Source of the DNA: an uncultured Gammaproteobacteria bacterium
Lineage (GTDB): Bacteria; Pseudomonadota; Gammaproteobacteria; Acidiferrobacterales; Sulfurifustaceae
Direction: 5' to 3'
DNA: 64,000 nucleotides
Assembly: GCA_963750625.1 (NCBI GenBank)
Contig: CAVVRV010000027.1
Coordinates: forward strand, 46,191 to 110,190
The notes under the pieces are model-generated. The model saw only the letters and a list, made by a program, of their open reading frames with translations, had not been told where the DNA came from and ran no database searches. The translations under genes and the position numbers were made by a program. Shown piece by piece: positions 1-12,182 of the stretch. Each line of letters opens with the position of its first letter. Within the stretch, counting starts at the first letter, position 1.

Positions 1-628
1 TGGTCGCGGAATGAATCACGATATCGGCGCCGAGCTTCAACGGCTGCTGCAACACCGGCGTGCAGAACACGTTGTCCACCACCAGCAGGCAGCCTTTGGC
101 ATGGGCGATTTTCGCGAGCCGCGCGATATCGGCAATCTCCGTCAGCGGATTCGACGGCGTTTCCAGGAACAGCAGCTTCGTGTTCGGCTTGATCGCCTTT
201 TCCCACGCGGCGTAATCCGTGAGCGACACATAGCTCGTCTCGATCCCGAACTTGGCGAGATAGTTGTTGAACAGCAGCACCGAGGCCCCGAAGATGTTGC
301 GCGAGGAAACGATGTGATCGCCGCTCTTGAGCAGCGCCAGGCAGGTCGAGAGAATCGCCACCATGCCGGAGGCCGTGGCCACGCATTTCTCGCCGCCTTC
401 CAGCGCCGCCAGACGTTCCTCGAACGCGCGCACGGTGGGATTGGTGAAGCGCGAGTAGATGTTCCCCGGCTCCGCGCCGGAAAACCGCGCCGCCGCCTCC
501 GCCGCGTTCTTGAACACGTAGCTGGAGGTGAGAAAGATCGGCTCGGAATTCTCGCCCTCGTTGGTGCGATGCTGCCCCGCCCGCACCGCGCGCGTGTCAA
601 AGCCCCATTGGTCGATATCGTCGGACAT
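1..628 (-). CDS. metZ: O-succinylhomoserine sulfhydrylase (3' part runs off the window)
   Basis: Manual translation from ATG at 628: MSDDIDQWGFDTRAVRAGQHRT..YSRFTNPT..ASGM..LFLETPSNP..VVDN..GADIVIHSAT; GAAGGAG RBS; usual position downstream of purF. Confidence 0.93.
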   Translation of the reverse strand, partial: MSDDIDQWGFDTRAVRAGQHRTNEGENSEPIFLTSSYVFKNAAEAAARFSGAEPGNIYSRFTNPTVRAFEERLAALEGGEKCVATASGMVAILSTCLALLKSGDHIVSSRNIFGASVLLFNNYLAKFGIETSYVSLTDYAAWEKAIKPNTKLLFLETPSNPLTEIADIARLAKIAHAKGCLLVVDNVFCTPVLQQPLKLGADIVIHSAT

Positions 629-850
629 GCCTGCTGCTCCTTCAATTCAAGGTTACGGCGCAGGCTTGCGGTGGATACGGGCTCGTCGCAATCGCGCGGA
701 CATCCATAGGGCATCTCGCGAATAAGCTAATCGCGAATCGCAAGACAGCCGCGTGCGACTGAACCTCGCCTACACGGCATTGTAGCCCCGCAAGCGAAGC
801 TCAAATAGCGCCTAGCCAAATTAGCAACGGACTATCTTGTCAACATCCCG

Positions 851-1285
851 TCAAGATCCAAAAAGACGAAATTGTGCTGTAGAATGCAAGATGCTGATAC
901 AAGCACAATCATGCATCTTGATCCTGCCATAGCTACCAGTTGCGATCTCGACATTCGGCGCCGAGTCTACTACATCGGCAGTGTCAATAATTCTTGGAGC
1001 CTGATGAACGTTGTAGCTTCGAATGATATCCCGTAGCGTCGCAGAGTCATTTTCAGACAGCTGCGTAATCCCGCGCAGCGATTCAATGCAGAATACCCAC
1101 CCTTCTTGATCGATCAGCGAAGGTCTGAGGCACCAGAAATTAGTATTCATGAGCAGAAATCCGTTCGTTGCGTCTGCGAATACATGTCCTGCACAGAATC
1201 CGTAGCGACGCGTTCAGATCTTGTGTGCGCCTCGGTTGGCACGACGCTCTTGCGTGCGATTAGATTGTATCGGTATCGCCGCCAT
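851..1285 (-). pseudogene. AT-richer orphan ORF fragment, interrupted by an in-frame TGA at 1214-1216
   Basis: ATG at 1285 is in frame with the 99-aa ORF 851..1150 except for one TGA; no recognisable motif. Confidence 0.3.
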
Positions 1286-1335
1286 GTTTGTGCTTAACCC
1301 TTGAGTCAAGCTGAACCTAGCGGTTTTGCTAACCG

Positions 1336-1560
1336 CCCCGTAGCGCGCGCCGAGTACCGCAGCCCCACCGGGAGCTTTCAAGCGACCGTGTTTGAGCCCG
1401 AGGCGCGTATTTGCGCCCGGCGAGTTGGCGAGCGCCCGGTGGGGCGAGGAACGGAGGAAGGGATCGCGCGCTCCGGGGCCCTTTCTTTGGTCCTTTCTTT
1501 GCACAAGCAAAGAAAAGTAACCCGCCGTGGGTCAGCCACCCACAAGTAGCTTTTGAGATC
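1336..1560 (+). repeat. Structured dispersed repeat, copy 1 (about 190-bp core plus tail)
   Basis: Aligns by eye with the reverse complement of 10200-10452 (CCCCGTAG..GCCGAG..GTGTTTGAGCCCGAGGCGCGT..GCGCCCGGCGAGTT..CTTTCTTTG.ACAAGCAAAGAAA). Confidence 0.85.
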
Positions 1561-1686
1561 GCGCGCAAGGCGCGCGATACCATTTAAGGCCTGGATCCCG
1601 CCTCGCGGGATGACGGCAAATCAAAAGCCGCCATTCGGCGGCTTTTGGTCATTCACGCCTGGATCCCCGCCTTCGCGGGCATGACA
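1561..1686 (+). repeat. REP-like palindrome cluster (two CTGGATCCC..GCGGG.ATGAC units plus GC hairpins)
   Basis: CTGGATCCCGCCTCGCGGGATGAC at 1591, CTGGATCCCCGCCTTCGCGGGCATGAC at 1659, AAAAGCCGCCATTCGGCGGCTTTT hairpin between them; same unit at 15811-15865. Confidence 0.8.
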
Positions 1687-1724
1687 ACAAGCAACAGTTC
1701 TTCGCAAGAGGGACGAACGGCTTA

Positions 1725-3261
<1,537 letters not shown>

Positions 3262-3294
3262 GCAGAGAGAACCTCCAGTGCTTAAAATCCAATT

Positions 3295-3789
3295 CTACCC
3301 GTAGCGGATATGCCGGGCAATATCGTGCGGCATGTAGCCGGCCACGTACACCGCGGCGCGCTCGAAATACGGCGTGAAACTCGCCTCGCGCCACCACGGG
3401 CGCTGCGGAAACGACGTCAATCCGGCGACGAGGAAAACCGCGATGACGATCACAGCGCCGCGCGCCGCGCCGATCACGCCACCCAGCGCGATATTGGCAT
3501 TGCGGAAACCGCGTTTGCCGGGCAGGTGTTTGTGAATAAACCACGATGCCACGATGCCGAGCACAAAGACCACGATAAAAATCAGCACGAAGGCCAGCAA
3601 CTGGCGCAGCGCCGGATCGTCCACCATTCCCTTGAAAATCCCCGAAAACTTGCCCGCGAACAGCCAGGCAAGCAGGCACGACAACACCCAGGTCAGCACG
3701 GTAATGATCTCGCGCACCAGGCCGCGCCACGCGCCGATCGCGGTAAATACCAGCATGATCGCGAGGATGATCAGATCGAAACTATTCAT
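3295..3789 (-). CDS. cvpA: Colicin V production family membrane protein
   Basis: 164-aa hydrophobic protein with GAWRGLVRE; canonical position upstream of purF. Confidence 0.92.
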   Translation of the reverse strand: MNSFDLIILAIMLVFTAIGAWRGLVREIITVLTWVLSCLLAWLFAGKFSGIFKGMVDDPALRQLLAFVLIFIVVFVLGIVASWFIHKHLPGKRGFRNANIALGGVIGAARGAVIVIAVFLVAGLTSFPQRPWWREASFTPYFERAAVYVAGYMPHDIARHIRYG

Positions 3790-3795
3790 AAGTCG

Positions 3796-4376
3796 TCACG
3801 GATAGGACTGCACCACGCCCTGCACGTGCAATTCCTTGTTGATCTGCGCCTGCGCCTTGACCGCCAGTTCCTTGTTGCTGAACGGTCCGACGCGCAGCCG
3901 CAGCGCCTTCTTGCCCGCCAGCGTCACCGATTCCGTATGCACCGCATGTCCGTGGCTCTTGAGCTTGTCGCGCAGATGGTTGGCATTGTCAGTGTTGGAG
4001 AACGTGCCCACCTGCACCACCCAGCCTTGCGTGATCGTGTCCGCCACGGCGGGAGCCTTCGCGGGTTTTTCCACCGGCGCGGTTTTCGTTTCCGGCTGGG
4101 TGCGCTTTCGGTAATCGCGGGCGTTGTTTCCGTCTTCGTCACCGCTTCGGGATTTTGCCTGGGTTTGGCTTCTTCGCCCGCGACCGGCGTCACGATAACC
4201 TTGGTCTCGGTGGCGCCACGCGGCGGCGTTTCGCGGACACCCTTGAGTTCCGGTGGCGGCTCGTTTTCATTGAGCAGCATGGGAACGAAGATCACCACCA
4301 GCGCGACCAGAATGATCGCGCCAACGATGCGGTGTTTGGGATTGAAATCGGGACGGGCTTCGTTTCTGTCCGCCAT
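3796..4376 (-). CDS. dedD: SPOR-domain cell division protein (frameshift near 4095)
   Basis: KHRIVGAIILVALVVIFVP TM segment and C-terminal SPOR domain (WVVQVGTFS..RLRVGPF); folC-dedD-cvpA synteny. Confidence 0.88.
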
Positions 4377-4381
4377 GGTCA

Positions 4382-5669
4382 TCACGCCTTGCCGAGGCCG
4401 GCTAGTATATCACCGACCGTGTGAAAGGAACCAAAGACGACGAGTCGGTCGGCCTCGGTCGCGTCGCGCTGCGCCGCGGCATAGGCCTGATGCACGTCTT
4501 CGTATCCCGGCGCCGATACCGGCACGCCGGCGGCGGCGAGCGATTCGATCAGCTGCGCCGCGGTGGCGCCGCGCGGCGTGTGCAGCGTTGCCGGATACCA
4601 GCGATCCACCACGCTCGGCCAGGGGACCGATCACCGACACGATGTCCTTGTCCTTGAGCATGCCGATGACGGCCAGCGTCCGCCCTTCGACACGCTGCTG
4701 CTTCAGCGTCGCCGCCAGCGAGCGCGCCGCCTGCGCGTTGTGCGCCACGTCGAGCACGCGCACCGGCCGGCCGGGCAACACCTGAAACCGGCCCGGGATC
4801 ACGCCGGAAATGAGCCCTTCGCGCACGTCGGCCTGGGTCACCGGAAAACGGTCGGCAAGCATATCCAGCGCCGTAAGCGCGCAGGCCGCGTTGAACAACT
4901 GGTAATCGCCACGCAACGAAGGGTACGGCAGGCCGGCGCGCAGACGCTCGCCGTGACGCCAGGTCCATTCGGTGCCGGAGCGCTCCACAAAGAAATCATG
5001 GTTGAATTGCAGCAGCTTCGCCCCGATCCGCGCCGCCTCGGCGGCGATGATCGCCGGCGGATTCGGGTCGCCGCAGATTGCCGGCCGGCCGGCCCGGAAA
5101 ATCCCGGCCTTCTCATGGCCGATGGCCTCGCGGGTATGGCCCAGCCAGGCGGTGTGGTCGATGTCCACGGCGGTCACGATCGCCACGTCGCTGTCGATGG
5201 CGTTCACCGCGTCGAGTCGCCCGCCCATGCCGACTTCCAGCACGGCAATATCGATTTTCGCGGCCTGGAACAGATCGAAGGCGGCGAGGGTGCCAAATTC
5301 GAAATAGGTCAGCGGCACCGTGCCGCGCGCGGCCTCGATTCGTTCGAAGGCGGCACAAAGGTCATCATCGGAAACGTTCCGGCCATCGATACGAATCCGC
5401 TCGTTATAGGCGATCAGGTGCGGCGAGGTATAGGCGCCGACCCGGTATCCCGCGTGGCGCAGGATGGTCTCGCACATCACCGTGGTCGAGCCCTTGCCGT
5501 TGGTGCCGGTGATGGTGATCGCGGCGAACGCGGGACGGCGCAGTCCCATGGCGTCGAGCACGGCGTGCACCCGCTCGAGCCCGAGCTCGATGGTGCGCGG
5601 ATGCAGCGTCTCGATCCACGCGAGCCAGTCGGAAAGCGTCCGGGACTTTTGTCGGTTAATGGCTTTCAG
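4382..5669 (-). CDS. folC: Folylpolyglutamate/dihydrofolate synthase (frameshift near 4615; start uncertain)
   Basis: [45 protein letters not shown]. Confidence 0.95.
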
Positions 5670-6582
5670 GGGGATTCGGTGAAGCCGGATTCGTTTTCCG
5701 GCGACTCGCGCGGCTGGAGGTCAGGACTGGCCTGGCGCGTGAGCATCGCCAGCAGGTTGGCGAGTTTGTCGCGCATCTCGCGCCGGTCGATGATCAGGTC
5801 GATCGCGCCGTGCTCGACCAGGAACTCGGAACGCTGGAAACCCTCGGGCAGTTTCTCGCGCACCGTCTGCTCGATCACGCGCGGGCCGGCGAAGCCGATC
5901 AGCGCGCGCGGTTCGGCTACATTGATGTCGCCGAGCATGGCGAAGCTCGCCGACACGCCGCCCATGGTCGGGTCGGTCAGCACGGAAATGTACGGAATGC
6001 CGGCATCGGTCAGGTGCGTGAGCGCGGCGCTGGTCTTGGCCATCTGCATCAGCGACAACAGCGCCTCCTGCATGCGCGCGCCGCCGCTCGCGGAGAAACA
6101 CACCAGCGGAATTTTCTTTTCGAGGCAGACATTGACGCCGCGCACGAAACGCTCGCCGACGACCGCGCCCATGGAGCCGCCCATGAAGGCGAACTCGAAG
6201 GCGGCGGCCACCAGCGGCATGCCCTTGAGCGCGCCTTGCATGACCACCAGCGCATCCGTCTCACCGGTGGCCTGCTGCGCCTCGAGCAGACGGTCGCGGT
6301 ATTTCTTGGTGTCCTTGAACTTGAGCGGGTCGACCGGCGAACAGCGTCGGCGCCGATCTCGTCGCGCGGCTGCGGATCGAGGAAAATATCCAGGCGCCGG
6401 CGCGCGCCGATGCGCATGTGATGCGCGCACTTCGGGCAGACGTCGAGGTTGCTCTCGATCTCGGCGCTGTACAGCACCGTGCCGCAGGCGTGGCATTTCT
6501 TCCACAGACCCTCGGGCACCGAGGCCTTCTTGACGCCCTGGCTCTTGATCTTGGGCGGGACCAGCTTGTCGAACCAGCTCAT
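5666..6582 (-). CDS. accD: Acetyl-CoA carboxylase carboxyltransferase beta subunit (frameshift near 6345)
   Basis: [17 protein letters not shown] zinc finger, [26 protein letters not shown]. Confidence 0.96.
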
Positions 6583-7422
6583 CGTGCTCCTCCGGTGGCG
6601 GATGTCGGCGTCCGGCGTGGTCTGGTCCATCGCCTCGCGCAGGCGGGCGATGAAGGCCGGGACCTCGGTCAGGATTTTATCCGGTTTTGCCGCCATTTCC
6701 TCCATGCGCTTGACCACGGCGCTGCCGACCATGACCGCGTCGGCGAATTCAGCGACCTGCGCGGCCGCCTCGGGGCTGCCGATGCCGAAACCGACGCCGA
6801 GCGGCAGCTTGGTATGCCCGCGGATTTCCTTGAGTTTGGCCGCCACCTCGCGCACGTCCAGGTTCGCGGCACCGGTCACGCCGCGCAGCGAGACATAATA
6901 GATGAATCCGCTCGCGGCCTCGGCGATGAGCTTGATGCGCTCGACCGGGCTCGTGGGCGCGAGCAGGAAAATCGTGTCGAGCCCCTGGCCCTTCATCGCC
7001 GTCTGGAATCCGTGCGCCTCTTCCGGCGGCAGGTCCACGGTGAGCACGCCGTCGACCCCGGCGGCCGCGGCCTCTTGGGCGAAGCGCGGGTAGCCCATCA
7101 CCTCGATGGGGTTGAGATAACCCATCAGCACCACCGGCGTGGTTTTGTCCTTGTCGCGGAACTCACGCACCATCGCGAGCACATTGGTCAGGCTGACTTT
7201 ATGTTTCAGCGCCCGTTCGGCGGCGCGCTGGATCACCGGGCCATCGGCCATCGGGTCGGAGAACGGCACGCCGAGCTCGAGGATATCCGCGCCATGCTTG
7301 ACCAGCGCGTGCATCAGCGGCACCGTCACCCACGGCTCGGGGTCGCCCGCCGTTATATAAGGTATGAGGGCGCGCCGGCCCTGCTGCTGCAGCGCCTGCA
7401 TTTTCTCCGCGATCCGCGACAT
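6579..7422 (-). CDS. trpA: Tryptophan synthase alpha chain (likely indel near the 3' end)
   Basis: [39 protein letters not shown]. Confidence 0.96.
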
Positions 7423-8623
7423 CAGAATTTGATTCCTTCGAGATCGGCCACGGTATGGATGTCCTTGTCACCGCGGCCGGACAGATTGATCACGATGATC
7501 TTGTCTTTCCCCAGTTGTGGCGCGAGTTTTTTCGCATAGGCCAGCGCATGCGACGATTCCAGCGCCGGCATGATGCCCTCGGTGCGGGTCAGCTCGTGAA
7601 ACGCCGCGAGCGCCTCCTTGTCGGTGATGGAGACATAATGCGCGCGCCCGGAGTCCTTGAGGTAGGCATGCTCCGGTCCCACGCCGGGATAATCGAGCCC
7701 GGCCGAGATGGAGTGGGTTTCGATGATCTGACCGTCCTCGGTTTCGAGTAAATAGGTGCGATTGCCGTGCAGCACGCCCGGCTTGCCGGCGCACAGCGTC
7801 GCGGCATGCTTGCCGGTCTGCACGCCCTCGCCTCCCGCCTCCACACCGTACAGCGCGACGTCCTTGTCGTCGATGAACGGATAGAACAGGCCCATGGCAT
7901 TCGAGCCGCCGCCGACGCAGGCGACCAGCGCGTCCGGCAGAGCGGCCTTCCTGTTCCATGATCTGTTCGCGCGTCTCGCGGCCGATCACGCTCTGGAAAT
8001 CGCGCACCATCATCGGATACGGATGCGGCCCGGCGACGGTGCCGATGATATAAAAGGTGCTGTCGACGTTGGTCACCCAGTCGCGCATGGCTTCGTTGAG
8101 CGCGTCCTTGAGCGTTTTCGAGCCGGACTCGACCGGCACCACCTCGGCGCCGAGCAGCTTCATGCGATACACGTTGATCGCCTGGCGCTTCATGTCCTCC
8201 GCGCCCATGTACACCACGCACTCCATGCCGAAGCGCGCCGCCACGGTGGCGGTGGCCACGCCGTGCTGGCCGGCGCCGGTCTCGGCGATCACGCGTTTCT
8301 TGCCCATGCGGCGCGCGAGCAGCGCCTGGCCGACGGTGTTGTTGATCTTGTGCGCGCCGGTGTGGTTCAGGTCCTCGCGCTTGAGATAAATCTTCGCCCC
8401 GCCCCAGTTATCGGTCAGGCGCCTGGCGAGATAGAGCGGGCTGGGGCGGCCGACGTAGTCGGCGCAGGTCGTCGGCGAATTCCTTCTGGAATTTCTTGTC
8501 CTTGCGCAGCGTCTCGTAGGCCTCGCGCAGTTCCTTGAGCGGCTGCATCAGCGTTTCGGAGACGAAGATGCCGCCGTAGTCGCCGAAGTGGCCGCGTTTG
8601 TCCGGGAGATCGTAGGCGCTCAT
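7422..8623 (-). CDS. trpB: Tryptophan synthase beta chain (frameshifts near 8465 and 7940)
   Basis: [51 protein letters not shown]. Confidence 0.97.
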
Positions 8624-9240
8624 GCTGTTTCGTACCGCTTCAATAAAGTCGGACAATTTTTCTCGCGTCCTTGATGCCCTTGCTCTGCTCCACACCACTG
8701 GAAACATCCACGGCAAAGGGACGCACTTTGCGCACCGCCTCGGCGACGTTCTCCGGCGTGAGGCCGCCGGCGAGAATCACCGGCTTGCCCAGATCCGGCG
8801 GTATGCGGCTCCAGTCAAAGGCCTGGCCGGAACCGCCGGCCACGTCGGCGACATAGGTATCGAGCAGCAGGCCGGCGGCGTCGCCATAGAGGCGCGCCAT
8901 CTCGCGCAGATCGACGTCGGGTTTCATGTGGATGGCCTTGATGTACGAGCGGTGGTAGCGGCGGCACTGTTCGGGTTTTTCGTTGCCGTGAAATTGTATC
9001 AGATCGAGCGGGACGTGGCTCAGCACGCCCTCGACGGTATCGGGCGCGGCGATTGACGAACAGACCCACGATCGTGATGAACGGCGGCAGCGCGCGCGCG
9101 ATTTTCAGCGCCTGGTCGGGATGCACGTGGCGCGGGCTTTTCGGGTCGAACACGAAACCGATCGCATCGGCCCCGGCCTGCGCCGCGGCGATGGCATCCT
9201 CGATGCGGGTGATGCCGCAAATTTTCACGCGCGTGCGCAT
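8620..9240 (-). CDS. trpF: Phosphoribosylanthranilate isomerase (frameshifted)
   Basis: [41 protein letters not shown]. Confidence 0.95.
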
Positions 9241-9378
9241 GTGTCCTCCGGAAGGTCGCGAAGCTTACCAGAGCCCGGCGGGTGGCGGAAGGCACATGTC
9301 GGCCAGGGGAATATCACATGGTTTCGATGTCGAGCCGGCGCGCTTTGCGGCCGCTCGTCAACCATCATCATGATGAGA

Positions 9379-10167
9379 TCATTTCATCTCGAGCAGCGGC
9401 ATGGAAGCAGCCACCGCCGGGATTTTCATGACATCGGGATAGGTCACGGCCGTCAGGTAAAGGCCGTCGGGCGCGGCAGTCACGCCGCCCGCGCGGCGTT
9501 CGCGCGCCTCCAGCACCTGCTTCGTCCAAGACGACTCGCGCTCGCCGGCGCCCACGGTCATCAGCACGCCCGCGATGTTGCGCACCATATGTTGCAGGAA
9601 GGCGTTGGCATGCGCATGAATATGGACCATGTCACCGTGGCGCGTCACGTCGAGCGCGCGCAACTCGCGCACCGGGCTTTTCGCCTGGCATTCGGTGGCA
9701 CGGAACGAAGTGAAATCATGCTCGCCGAGCAGATGCTGCGCGGCTTCACGCATGGACGCCACGTCGAGCAGGCGGTATTCATGCGTCACGCGTTGCGCCA
9801 GATACGTCGGACGTATCGCGCGGTTGAGAATGAGGTAATGGTAATGCCGGCCGGTCGCGGAATAGCGCGCGTGAAACCCCTCCTCCACCGGCCCGGCCCA
9901 CAGCAGCGCCACCTCGGACGGCAGATTGCTGTTCGCGCCACGCACCCAGGAGTAATCGCTGCGCGCGGCGCTGGTATCAAAATGGATCACCTGCCCGGCC
10001 GCGTGCACGCCGGCGTCGGTGCGACCGGCGACCGTGACCTGGATCGGTTCGTCCGCGACCTTGGACAGCGCCTCTTCGACGACACCCTGAACCGTGCGTG
10101 TCTGCTCCTGCCGTTGCCAGCCGGAAAAGCGGGAACCGTCGTATTCGAGAATGGCGGCGATGCGCAT
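9379..10167 (-). CDS. truA: tRNA pseudouridine(38-40) synthase
   Basis: EYDGSRFSGWQRQ, AGRTDAGVHA, ANAFLQHMVRNI; start taken at MRIAA because the longer ORF reads through a repeat. Confidence 0.96.
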   Translation of the reverse strand: MRIAAILEYDGSRFSGWQRQEQTRTVQGVVEEALSKVADEPIQVTVAGRTDAGVHAAGQVIHFDTSAARSDYSWVRGANSNLPSEVALLWAGPVEEGFHARYSATGRHYHYLILNRAIRPTYLAQRVTHEYRLLDVASMREAAQHLLGEHDFTSFRATECQAKSPVRELRALDVTRHGDMVHIHAHANAFLQHMVRNIAGVLMTVGAGERESSWTKQVLEARERRAGGVTAAPDGLYLTAVTYPDVMKIPAVAASMPLLEMK

Positions 10168-10199
10168 GGGGTGTATTGTACACGGCAGGAATTTTTTTT

Positions 10200-10452
10200 T
10201 GCGCCGCCTGCGGCGGCCTTGTGTGAATGCGGGATGCTCCCGCCCCGCACCCAGGGTAACTTTCTTTGCTTGTCCAAAGAAAGTTACCAGAAGAAAGGAC
10301 ACCCCGGAGCGCCGACCCTTCGGGCTCCCTGCGCTTCTCGCAGGAATCGGCGCTCGCCTAACTCGCCGGGCGCTGAACAACGCGCCTCGGGCTCAAACAC
10401 GAGGCTCGCTTACTCCCGAGTCGGGCTGCGATGCTCGGCGGTGTCTACGGGG
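10200..10452 (-). repeat. Structured dispersed repeat, copy 2
   Basis: Reverse-complement match to 1336-1545; contains the GGTAACTTTCTTTG..CAAAGAAAGTTACC hairpin. Confidence 0.85.
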
Positions 10453-10517
10453 ACCAAAAACCATAAACCGTACACAGACGACACTTCGGACTTGAATTCT
10501 ACTTGCTAACCGCTGAT

Positions 10518-11189
10518 TTACTCACCGCCGGGCGTCAGTATTTTCAGGGTCGTGGAGTGATGCTCGCGCAGGTGCAGCACCACGGTCACCAGCGTGGTGG
10601 CGGCCACGAACACCCACGGATGAATAAACCAGCCGAGCGCAGCGAGGCTGAAGTAATAGGCGCGCAAGCCCTGATTGAAGTCCTTCGAGGCGTTGGTGCT
10701 GACTTCCGCGGCGCGCTGAGCATATGCATTGTCGGCGGACTTGGGCGCGGCGCCGATCAGCACCGAGCAGTAATTGAACTGGCGCAGCGCCCAGGTGAAC
10801 TTGAAAAACGCATGCACGAAGATGACGCCGAGCACGAGCAGCTTGAGTTCCCACTGCACCAGCGTGGTCTTTTCCGCGAACGGAAGCGCCCGCACGATTT
10901 CAATGGCGCGGTCGGTCGAACCGAGTATCGTCAGGAGCCCGACCATGATCAGCAGCGTGGTCGAGGCGAAGAACGACACCCCTTGCAGCAGGTTGCGCAG
11001 GATGTTCACGTCGGCGACGCGGTTGTCGCGCAACGCCATCTGGCGCATCCATTCCTCGCGATGCGTGTGCATCACGGCGCGCAGCGAATGTTTACGCCAG
11101 GGTCCCCGGTCCGCGTACCAGGTGTAACCGACCCAGACGGCGGCGAACCAGATCAGGCTCAGGATGTCAGTGGCGGGAATTTCGAACAT
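10518..11189 (-). CDS. DUF599 family membrane protein
   Basis: REEWMRQM..RDNR, SFFASTT, AFFKFTWALRQFNY, FNQGLRAYYF motifs. Confidence 0.85.
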   Translation of the reverse strand: MFEIPATDILSLIWFAAVWVGYTWYADRGPWRKHSLRAVMHTHREEWMRQMALRDNRVADVNILRNLLQGVSFFASTTLLIMVGLLTILGSTDRAIEIVRALPFAEKTTLVQWELKLLVLGVIFVHAFFKFTWALRQFNYCSVLIGAAPKSADNAYAQRAAEVSTNASKDFNQGLRAYYFSLAALGWFIHPWVFVAATTLVTVVLHLREHHSTTLKILTPGGE

Positions 11190-11312
11190 GCGGGCCTCCC
11201 CTTTTCACGGTCCGGACGACACTGTCTCACGCCTTGAGTTTCCGTTCCACGAGCGGTTTCAGTGCATCGAGCGAGGGCGGCGGTTGATTTCCCCCGGCTC
11301 GATCCGCTCTTT

Positions 11313-11657
11313 TTAAGTATCCGGCTCCGGCATGGGCAAACCGGCGAGTTTGCAGATCTCGCGCACCGGATCGCGCGGGAACAGACGATACAGAAACTTC
11401 TCGTACTCCTTGCGGTCGTGGAAGTGCATGCCGTGCTGCCGGCCGAGGGTCAGCACGAGTTGGCGCATGCTTGGATGGGTGCTGTATTGCTGGTAGTAAT
11501 CGTGGAAGTAACCGATCAGCCCCCAGCTCTCGTCGTAGAGCCGGACGCCGTCCTGCTCCGCCATCTTTTCGGCGTACTCTTCGCTCCAGTCCTCGGCATG
11601 AAGCAGAAACCCTTGTTCGTCTGTCTCGAATACCCGGTCATGTACAACCATGTTCAT
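11313..11657 (-). CDS. TusE/DsrC-family protein lacking the C-terminal cysteine
   Basis: ETDEQGFL..DWSEE.A..A..G..L, YLYRLFP-like LYRLFP, CKLAGLP.P. Confidence 0.85.
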   Translation of the reverse strand: MNMVVHDRVFETDEQGFLLHAEDWSEEYAEKMAEQDGVRLYDESWGLIGYFHDYYQQYSTHPSMRQLVLTLGRQHGMHFHDRKEYEKFLYRLFPRDPVREICKLAGLPMPEPDT

Positions 11658-11782
11658 TGGCCACCTCCCGCGAAATGCGTCCGCCGTGTGGATGGCCGCA
11701 GTCTGAACTGCTGCGATCTTTGTTTATTTTACGCTTGACGTTCGTTCGATGGGTACAGACGAATGTGACACTAATAACGTTG

Positions 11783-12151
11783 TTATTCCTGCGCCTGCAG
11801 TTTGGCTCTTACCAGCCGCTCGAAATCTCCCAGTGAACCGCAACGATTGATTTCTTCCCGCGTGATCCATGCTTCCAGTGTGCCATTGTTCTTGAGAAAC
11901 ACCGCCGGTAATGTCACATCGCGTATGCCATATTTTTTCCCCAGCTCGTCGCGATGCAGAAATTCCACCGGCATCCCCAGCCCGGCGACGAACTGCTTCC
12001 ATTCGTCGCGCATGCTGAAGGTGGAATGCGTGATCGCGCAGAGGTTGCAGGCATAGGTTTGCGGCGAGACGATCTTGTGGCCGATGTCGAGCAGGGTATT
12101 CACGAAACCGCTGTCGGCGTTGTAGACAAAGACAAGAGTGGGTTTGTTCAT
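11783..12151 (-). CDS. Conserved hypothetical protein with CxxC
   Basis: LVFVYNADSG..HKIVSPQTYACNLCAITH..FLHRDE; closely follows the upstream gene on the same strand. Confidence 0.75.
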   Translation of the reverse strand: MNKPTLVFVYNADSGFVNTLLDIGHKIVSPQTYACNLCAITHSTFSMRDEWKQFVAGLGMPVEFLHRDELGKKYGIRDVTLPAVFLKNNGTLEAWITREEINRCGSLGDFERLVRAKLQAQE

Positions 12152-12182
12152 CGAACGCGCGTGACGCGACAGGCGCCCGGCA

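Noticed and set aside
770-815. SAM-II riboswitch-like string upstream of metZ (GGCGCTATTTGAGC..GCTTGCGGG on the minus strand)
   Set aside because: Lacks the downstream AGCTAAA pseudoknot strand and lies far from the RBS; may simply be promoter sequence (TACAAT)
1214-1216. In-frame TGA as selenocysteine or readthrough
   Set aside because: No recognisable selenoprotein context or SECIS-like hairpin; decay or error is simpler
6049-7422. Apparent TrpA-AccD fusion in the ORF track
   Set aside because: An SD (GGAGG) and ATGA overlap lie at the accD start; one indel near the end of trpA explains it, given the window-wide error rate
9379-10380. N-terminally extended TruA (and similar extensions on Ddl, MurC, FtsZ, Nudix in the ORF track)
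   Set aside because: Extensions read through repeats or upstream genes; homology begins at internal ATGs
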